A stretch of DNA of 19,230 bases from Octopus sinensis (lineage: Eukaryota): the NCBI RefSeq assembly GCF_006345805.1, contig NW_021823925.1:1-19230 (forward strand), read 5' to 3'. Below, in pieces: positions 11,289 to 19,230 of the stretch. The translations under genes and the position numbers were made by a program. Positions within the stretch are counted from its first letter, which is position 1. Every line of letters starts with the position of its first letter. Below the pieces are notes generated by a model. That model was not told the origin of the DNA and searched no databases. It saw nothing but the letters and a program-made list of their open reading frames with translations.

Positions 11289-11668
11289 ACGCATGAGTGG
11301 CTGTGTGGTAAGTAGCTTGTTTACCAACCACATGGTTCCGGGTTCAGTCCCATTGCGTGGCACCTTTGGCAAGTGTCTTCTGCTATAGCCTTGGGCCGAC
11401 CAATGCATTGTGAGTGAATTTGGTAGACGGAAACTGAAAGAAGCCTATCGTATATATGTATGTGTGTGTGTCTGTGTTTGTCCCCCCAACATCGCTTGAC
11501 AACCGGTGCTGGTGTGTTTATGTCCCGGTCACTTAGCAGTTCGGCAAAATAGACCGATACATTAAGTACTGGGCTTACAAAGAATAAGTCCCGGGGTGGA
11601 GTTGCTCGATTAAAGGCGGTGCTCCAGCATGGCCGCTGTCAAAATGACTGAAACAAGTAAGAAAAAGA
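11289..11668 (+). mobile_element. tRNA-derived SINE, near full length
   Basis: Pol III A box TGGCTGTGTGG (11298-11308) and B box GGTTCAGTCC (11341-11350). A CORE-like CCTTTGGCAAGTGTC follows, then an internal (TA)/(TG) microsatellite and an A-rich tail. Confidence 0.85.
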
Positions 11669-12218
11669 TAATACATGTGAGAGTGAAAAGGGAGGGTGGT
11701 TTGGGTTCTGCTAGAAACACCAGCAAAACATCCCTTGAATTGTTCACCTTTTCCTCTGAAAATATTTACTTGTTTTATTTTAACCGAAAAGGCCCCTCCC
11801 GTGGTTTTTCAGTTAAAAAAGAAAACGGCCAAAATCGGTTTGGATAGGTATTATTCTAAAGGTTATAGCAATCCAGATAACCATAACAAAATCACTTCTT
11901 AATTTTATTTTTTACTAAAGTTATACCAGTTTATTAATAGAATGAACTGTCAGTTTTCCAAATTAAAACTTGAAATGAAAACACTGAAATATCTACTAAA
12001 ATAATGAAGTATTTATCAAAATAATTGTAATTAAAAATCTGGTGCTTTTTCATAGCCACAAGTAAAATCCAGATTTTCTAGGCATAATTTACGAAGTTTA
12101 CTGGACAATAGAATTAATATCGATTTCAGACAAGCAGTATTTAAGACTTTCAAAACTGCCTGCTGTTTCCAATTAGCCAGATACATAGGCTTTTACTAAA
12201 AAGAAAATATGTGTTACA

Positions 12219-12227
12219 TCTTACCTC
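12219..12227 (-). promoter_or_regulatory. Candidate 5' splice donor GAG|GTAAGA of a non-coding upstream exon of ZNF-B
   Basis: Strong consensus match on the ZNF-B strand, next to a CpG-richer segment (12290-12345). No transcript evidence is available. Confidence 0.35.
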
Positions 12228-12354
12228 TTATAATATATTAGTCGGTGTTTTATAATATTTTTAATTACACAAATAAGCGATCTAGCGAAAAAGACACATC
12301 GAAAAGCCGACACGGAACGTCAACGAAACGAATTAAGAATCCGGTTGTTGTGCT

Positions 12355-13424
12355 TCCAGATATTGTACGATGGGTTGGTGCCTTCCTCTCAGATCGCACC
12401 TTCCAAGTCCAAGTTAATGTTTCGCGGTCCGACGTCTCCAGTGCGAGCAGTGGCGTGCCTCAAGGTTCAGTGCTTGGGCCCTTATTGTTCTTAGTCTTCA
12501 TAAATGACTTGCCCGACGACCTCACGCAACACACCCTTCTATTTGCCGACGATGTCAAACTGGTCGCTCCTCGCGGTGATATAGAGGATCTTCGTCGATG
12601 CCTCCACCAAATTTGGAGGTGGTCTAACGAATGGGACCTGTGTCTGAACGTGTCAAAGTGCTGTCATCTGCCTGTTGGCTCTCCTCCTGCAACTCAACTT
12701 GATTTCTAGCCGGGTCATCTGCTGCTGGAGAGGACCGATGAGGTAAAGGACCTGGGTATCTTGGTGGATTCCTCCTTTTCGCCTTCGGCCCAGTGCATCC
12801 ATGCTGCCAACAAAGCACGCGGAATTCTGTTCTTGATTTGACAGTCATTCGGAATGCTCACAGCAGCCATATTCCTACCACTCTATGTCACGCTGGTGAG
12901 ACCCATATTGGAGTACGGGATTCAAGCCTCTTCTCCTTATCTCCTCAAAGACATACAGCATCTTGAAAGAGTCCAGAGGCTGGCTACTCGCATGGTTCAT
13001 GGTCTCAAAAATTTGTCTTATGAAGAAAGGCTGAGGACGCTCGACCTTTATTCTCTAGAAAAACGCCGCCGTCGTGGTGATCTCATTCTCGCTCACAACA
13101 TCATAAGCGGAAAGTGTAACCTCTCAAAAGAGCTGTTCTTCACTCCTGCTCCAGAGCGTCGGCTGCGGGGTCATTCCAAAAAGCTCTACCTGCGACGATT
13201 TCATCTCAATCGAAGGAGAGGAGATTTCTCCGTCCGGGTTGCGGATCCATGGAACAAGCTGCCAGACGAGATGGTGAAGATGCCGACGACCGCTTTGTTC
13301 AAAGTCTCCCTTGACCTCAAGTGGCCTGAACTCTTTACATGAACACCACCCTGTACTTAACTCCATGTCCCCCTACATGGCCTTGCTATTTGCTTTTGAG
13401 CCAAAAATTAACTAACTAACTAAC
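12355..13424 (+). mobile_element. 5'-truncated CR1-like LINE (RT domain C-terminal half plus 3' tail)
   Basis: GVPQGSVLGPLLFLVFINDLP, LLFADDVKL, RPILEY, RRRRGDLI and FSVRVADPWNKLP lie in one frame with two stops (TAG at 12707-12709 and a TGA near 12840). The 3' end is (TAAC)n. Confidence 0.92.
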
Positions 13425-13653
13425 TTCCCTTATTAATAACACTTTTGTCTGATGCTAAAAGTAAAGTGGTAAATTTTTAAAAATGTGAATTGTAAGAAAA
13501 AATCCAAATAACAAATGATACAAAGCTAGAAGCTGACATTTTTATTGCTACTTTTACGTCCTCCGCGTACCGAACCACAATGTCAAAGAAAGCAACACGA
13601 CTTGTCAGATAGTGGTGGGTGTGGGGCACAGACACGTGTGTATTACTCCCATC

Positions 13654-14058
13654 GGATCTTTTCCGTTTGAACGGCAGTTTTTTCTCGCAGTATCATATGA
13701 AATTGTCACCCATAATTATGACCCTAGTATCGATCTATTGCATTTCAATCTGTTTTAGGGTTAGGGGTGGGGGGAAGGGTATATTTTTTTCTTCACAAAT
13801 GTAAATAAGCCCAATCTGTTTCTTAAACGAGGGACATATTCAAACGGCACAGAATGTTTTCACCTCAATAGACGTCATTGATTAGTTGAAATTGCAGAAA
13901 TAAAAAAACAACAAATATCTTACAAACTATAGAATTTTCTCAATAAAGCAAAGAGAAAAAGATGTTTTATAAACACATTCTACCAGTATACGAAGTTTAA
14001 AAGTGCTTAGTTACGTGGAAATTATTTTAAAAAACTGCCGGTCAAACAGAAAAGATCC
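13654..14058. mobile_element. Foldback element FB3 (left arm reduced to about 30 bp)
   Basis: GGATCTTTTCCGTTTGAACGGCAG...GAAAAGATCC. The right arm is the reverse complement of the FB1 left arm type. Confidence 0.88.
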
Positions 14059-14500
14059 ATGTTCTGCAGCAAAAGAGTCGGATGGTATAGCTACTAGATT
14101 TAAAATGTTTTGGTATAGTCTTTCTTATTCGCAAAATGATCCCTCCCCATCATTAATTTTGCTTAGATCGTTGTCAATTTTGGTTTATCGATGCAACATT
14201 GAAGTCTGATTACGATCAACCCATTACTTTCTCTCGTAAATTAAAGAATCTGATGTAATTTGGCATTAAAGTTAGGAAATTTGGGTAGTTTTAGCCAATC
14301 AATAGACAGCGTGGCATTAACAGCTTGTTGCCATGACATCATGCTGCTTTGTAATTCACTGTTGTCTCTGTTGATTTTTCACACTTGATTCTTCACCTTC
14401 GTGTTTTGTTTTAATCTTTCTGTTAGTTAGTATTTTAAATACTAAGTTGGCCTCCGACTTGGTTGGCTGTTTATATCGCCTGTCTATATCGAGCGCAAAC

Positions 14501-15018
14501 GGATCTTTTCCTTTTGAACGGCAGTTTTCAACACAATTTCTAGTTAACTAAACACTTTTAAGCTTCGTATACTGGTAGAAGGTGTTTATAAAACATCATT
14601 TTTTCTTGGCTTCATTGAGAAAATTCTATAGTTTGTAACACATTTCCACTTTAAAATCGAGCATTTCGGCAATTTTAACCAATTAAATATGTCCATTTGG
14701 AGTCAAAACATACCGTGCTGTATGAATATGTCCCTTGTTTAAGAAACAGATTGAGTTTGTTTACATTTGCGAAAAAAAAAAGATACGCTTCCCCAACCCC
14801 TAACTCTAACTAAACCTAACCCTAAAATAGATTGAAATGCAAAGATCGATACTAGGGTTATAATTATGGGTGACATTTTCATTTGACACCGTTAGAAAAA
14901 AATCCCATTTTCTGTAAAAATGATGTTTTATAAACACATTCTACCAGTAGACGAAGTTTAAAAGTGTTTAGTTAACTAGACATTGTGTTGACATCTGCCG
15001 TTCAAAAGGAAAAGATCC
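14501..15018. mobile_element. Foldback element FB4 with 8-bp TSD (right arm internally deleted)
   Basis: GGATC...GATCC ends, flanked by GCGCAAAC (14493-14500) and ACGCAAAC (15019-15026). Confidence 0.92.
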
Positions 15019-15327
15019 ACGCAAACTTGTACGAAGTACAGACGTCTGCGTGTTAATATACATCTCAGGAAAAACAGCCTTCTCATATTCAATAAGATTG
15101 GTGGCACCCTGGTAGTACATATCATTGTGGAAAACGTAAAACCACCCATAATTGTTATATATATATTAATTACCAGAGTGACCCACGACTTGACTGGTTA
15201 CAGACGCTGAGTACTATTTACGAAAAGTGGCCCGCTGCGCGCCATCGCGCTAGCTAGTTGTGACTAGTCAATCCGACGACTACCTAGCGCGAGTGCACGT
15301 ATGCAAACTAATAGATGCGCGCATGTA

Positions 15328-15837
15328 TTATAAATCCTCGAGTATAATTCTCATTTTACCCCCCAAATTTAAAGGTCAAAATGCCAGGTTCGGATTATAT
15401 ACAAGGTTAGAAAGAAAATTATTTACTAGGCAATGTCCGAGTCTCTCTTTGCTGTCCGGCAATGTTTATTCAAACGCATTTTGTGATGTCGGGCGTGAAA
15501 ATACCTTAAGCTAAGCCTGAAAGCAATGAAGTCATAAAAGAATCATCCATAACTTGCAGTAAGCAACATTTATTAAACGTTATTACTGTTATTTCTTTAT
15601 TTTCTGCAAACAAAATACACAAAAAAGCTACACGTTTGCATTATGTTATATATACAATAATAAGAATGGATGTTACCATATACATTTTTACAAACCAAGG
15701 ATGTTATATAGGCCTCCTTGACTCAGGTTAGAGAAGGGGTGCATATTACACACAAGGTTTAGGTTTTTCAGAGGTACAGCCCCCAAAATTCCCTTCAGTA
15801 TTAGACTCAAGGGCGGACTACACTCGAAGATTTAAGA
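15328..15837. mobile_element. Tc1/mariner-like MITE with TA TSD
   Basis: TA|TTATAAATCCTCGAGTATAATTC ... GGACTACACTCGAAGATTTAAGA|TA, degenerate terminal inverted repeats. Confidence 0.7.
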
Positions 15838-15920
15838 TATGTATTTAAAGGCTATACATCAAATAATTTTTTTTTTTTAAAACAAGGTAAATCATTTTTT
15901 CAAACAAATAAATAATTATT

Positions 15921-16030
15921 AACTAATTAGGGAGAGAGTCAGTTTAGATGAGATGCAGTTTGGGTTCATGCCAGGGAAAAGCACCACTGATGCTATATAT
16001 TTCTGGTAAGACAGATGCAGGAGAAATACC
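15921..16030 (+). mobile_element. Short RTE-clade LINE RT fragment
   Basis: Translates to LIRERVSLDEMQFGFMPGKSTTDAI, then a frameshift, then LVRQMQEKY. Confidence 0.75.
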
Positions 16031-16703
16031 TGATCTTTTTCTTTTGAACGGCAGTTTTCAACACAATTTCTAGTTAACTAAACACTTTTAAACTTCGTAT
16101 ACTGGTAGAATGTATCAAAATAAAACATTTTTTTCTCTTGGCTTTCTTGAGAAAATTGTAATTTGTTTGTTTAACGTAGTTCAATTTTTCGAATTTTAAC
16201 CAATCAATGGCCTCTATTGAGCTAAAATCATTTGCTGCGTCTAATACTAAGACATCACCCTAACCCTAAATTTTAGCCTTTCGGCTTTTTTTTTCTTAAT
16301 TGTTAAATTAATTTAAGGATAACAATTAAGAAAGAAAAAATGAAAGGCTAAAACAAAAGCAAAAACTCAACAAAAACAAAACGAATAATTTTAGACACAC
16401 GCGAAACAATTAAATTAATTTAACAATTAAGAAAAAAAACGAAAGGCTAAAATTTAGGGTTAGGGTTAGTGACAGGATGTTGTCTGTTTTAGACGCAGCA
16501 AATGATTTTAGCTCAATAGAGGGCATAGGATTGGTTAAAATTCGAAAAATTAAACTACATTAAACAAACAAATTACAATTTACTCAAGAAAGCCAAGAGA
16601 AAAAAATGTTTTATTTTGATACATTCTACCAGTATACGAAGTTCAAAAGTGTTTGGTTAACTAGAAATTTTGTTGAAAACTGCCGTTCAAAAGGAAAAGA
16701 TCT
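16031..16703. mobile_element. Foldback element FB5 (paralog of FB2)
   Basis: Same arms as FB2, same left flank GAAATACC, and the same insertion point relative to the ZNF TAG. Confidence 0.92.
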
Positions 16704-16736
16704 GACTTAGTGTAATTTACTGCAGATATTACAGTG

Positions 16737-18374
16737 CTATGGTTTCTCTCCTGTATGAATGTTTTTATGAGAGGTTAAAGAGGGCAAGCAAGACGATGAT
16801 TTACCACAAATATCACACTCATACAGTTTCTCTCCAGTATGAATGGATTTGTGATAAGTAAGAGTATGCTTATGGGAGAATGATTTACCACAAATACGAC
16901 ATTGATATGGTTTCTCTCCTGTATGAATGTATTTGTGTTTAGTAAGGCCTATCTTCTGAGAGAATGATTTACCACAAATATCACACTGATAAGGTTTCTC
17001 TCCTGTATGAGTGGATTTGTGTCTAGTAAGGTTACTTCTCTGAGAGAATGATTTACCACAAATATCACAGTGATGTGAGTTCTCTCCTTTATGAATGGAT
17101 TTGTGAGTAGAAAGGTTACTTTTTTGAGAGAATGATTTACCACAAATATCACAGTGATATGGGTTCTCTCCTGTATGAATGTATTTGTGAGAAGAAAAGT
17201 TACTTTTTTGAGAGAATGATTTACCACAAATATCACAGTGAAAAGGTTTCTCTCCTGTATGAGTGGATTTGTGTCTAGTAAGGTTACTTCTCTGAGAGAA
17301 TGATTTACCACAAATATCACAGTGATAAGGTGTTTCTCCTGTATGAATGGATTTGTGAGAAGTAAGGCTGTGCTTATGGGAGAATGATTTATCACAAATA
17401 TCACACTGATATGGTTTCTCTCCTGTATGAATGGATTTGTGAGAAGTAAGGCTGTGCTTATGGGAGAATGATTTACCACAAATATCACACTGATATGGTT
17501 TCTCTCCTGTATGAATGGATTTGTGAGAAGTAAGTCTATGCTTTTGAGAGTATGATTTACCACAAATATCACATTCATATGGTTTCTCTCCTGTATGAAT
17601 GGATATGTGAGAAGTAAGGTTGCGCTTATGGGAGAATGATTTACCACAAATATCACACTGATATGGTTTCTCTCCTGTATGAATGGATTTGTGAGGAGTA
17701 AGTCTATGCTTATGAGAGAATGATTTACCACAAATATCACAGTGATATGGTTTCTCTCCTGTATGACTGTGTTTGTGAGAGGTAAGGCTACTCCTATAGG
17801 AAATGATTTACCACAAATATCACAGTGATAAGGTTTCTCTCCTGTATGAGTGGATTTGTGTCTTGTAAGGTTACTTTTACCAGAGAATGATTTACCACAA
17901 ATATCACACTGATATGGTTTCTCACCTGTATGACTGTATTTGTGAGAGGTAAGGCTACTGATATGAGAGAATGATTTACCACAAATATCACAATGATATG
18001 GTTTCTCTCCTGTATGAATGTGTTTGTGAGAGGTAAGGCTACTCCTATTAGGAAATGATTTACCACAAATATCACAGTGATAAGGTTTCTCTCCTGTATG
18101 AGTAGATTTGTGTCTAGTAAGGTTACTTTTACCAGAGAATGATTTACCACAAATATCACACTGATATGGTTTCTCACCTGTATGAATGTATTTGTGAGAG
18201 GTAAGGCTACTGATATGAGAGAATGATTTACCACAAATATCACAATGATATTGTTTCCCCCCTGCATGAATGAACTTGTGAACAGTGAGATTTCCCTTAT
18301 TAGAAAAAGTCTTTTTACAGATATCACATTGGTATGATAACTTTTTCTTTCTTTGTCATCTCTTGAGGATTCAT
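16737..18374 (-). pseudogene. ZNF-C: 19-finger C2H2 array, frameshifted as assembled (possibly an intact 546-aa gene)
   Basis: ATG at 18374 (MNPQEMT). Two A's are missing relative to ZNF-B in the A runs at about 18341-18354, and one base is missing near 17797. Restoring 3 nt gives 14 + 19x28 aa ending at TAG 16739-16737 with no internal stop. Confidence 0.85.
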
Positions 18375-18701
18375 TATTGTTCTATAGTATACAAGCACAA
18401 AATATAATTTTGCTTCCTTTTTTATATATTTCTATTGCTTATATTTCCAGCAGTTCTGATCTTCATCAATATCTGAAGATGATACAAACACTTTTGCAGA
18501 TATCTCCCGCTCCAAACTGAATGTGAAAGACTTTAGCAAATATTCCAGGCAATGATGGAAACAAATGTTGCCATCAATTCAGAAGATATATTTCACAGTT
18601 TTCCACCATAGACAAATCATATAAACAGAGTTATGTCAAATATTTATAACATCTTCCATTAGATGATCAATATTCATGAAGTATCACTAACATTTCACCT
18701 C

Positions 18702-18740
18702 CTGAAATGACACAGAAACAGAAGAAGATATAGGAAAGAC
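18702..18740 (-). promoter_or_regulatory. Putative splice acceptor of the ZNF-C terminal exon (exon starts at 18701)
   Basis: Minus strand TCTTTCCTATATCTTCTTCTGTTTCTGTGTCATTTCAG, homologous to the other two paralogs. Confidence 0.65.
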
Positions 18741-18853
18741 TTAAAAAGCAGAAATTCAACTATAAAATATAACTACATCTCATAATGATAAACTGTGGAT
18801 ATAATCCTTTAATTTGTCTTTGAAATTTATTTATGTAATTTATAATATGGTAA

Positions 18854-19086
18854 CCCTTTTGTTACCATATTTCTGCTGAGATTCAGTGTGTTTCTTTCAA
18901 TTATTTTAAATAATAAAGAACTTAGTAAACTAACTTAGTTATCATTCAACTAGTGTTAGGAACATAAATTGTAACTAAGGTTTGGTGGAAGATTTTAATT
19001 CAAAACTTATGAAAACAAGACATTTTACCACAGAGCCAGAGCCAGTTTTGGCCCCGGGCCGGGGTTTGGGTATGCAACATAAAGGG
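18854..19086. mobile_element. piggyBac-like MITE, degenerate
   Basis: CCCTTTTGTTACC...AAAGGG termini. Absent at the homologous site upstream of ZNF-B (about 9901-9915). TTAA TSDs are not intact. Confidence 0.5.
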
Positions 19087-19230
19087 TGTTGTCTTGAAAT
19101 TATTTTGGTATTAAAATTATATGATGTAAACCTTGGAATAAGTCTCTTAATATACATGGACTCAGTTCCTTTCCTTCAGATATTATGTAAAACATTATCC
19201 CTTAGTGTTCAGATTATTCGTTATAATGTA

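Noticed and set aside
11298-11360. tRNA gene
   Set aside because: A and B boxes are present, but they continue into a SINE body and I could not fold a cloverleaf.

Overview
This is AT-rich animal genomic DNA. The ZNF array style and the SINE/MITE repeats point to an octopus (coleoid cephalopod) C2H2 zinc-finger cluster, though the species is an inference. The window holds three paralogous C2H2 arrays built on an 84-bp unit, each encoded in one terminal exon. ZNF-A (+, 1266-1883) has 7 finger units and a decayed finger tail. ZNF-B (-, 9410-8607) has 9 fingers, then 11 more finger units stranded behind a TAA that was itself tandemly amplified in a 336-bp block. ZNF-C (-, 18374-16737) has 19 fingers and is broken only by three single-base deletions in A runs. 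ZNF-B and ZNF-C lie in a segmental duplication (about 5.8-10.0 kb vs 14.8-19.2 kb). Its left breakpoint falls inside a long-TIR foldback DNA element with GGATC ends and an 8-bp TSD, present in 5 copies, 4 of which lack matching TSDs. The rest is TE debris: a Ty3/Gypsy LTR+PBS+gag remnant with an 823/827-bp tandem duplication, a Helitron remnant, a 5'-truncated CR1-like LINE, an RTE scrap, Tc1/mariner-like and piggyBac-like MITEs, and several SINE families. No rRNA, true tRNA or CRISPR is seen. The most promising 'system' is foldback-mediated duplication and 3' remodelling of ZNF genes, combined with finger-block amplification that continues behind a stop codon. Coordinates were read by eye and approximate ends may be off by a few bases.
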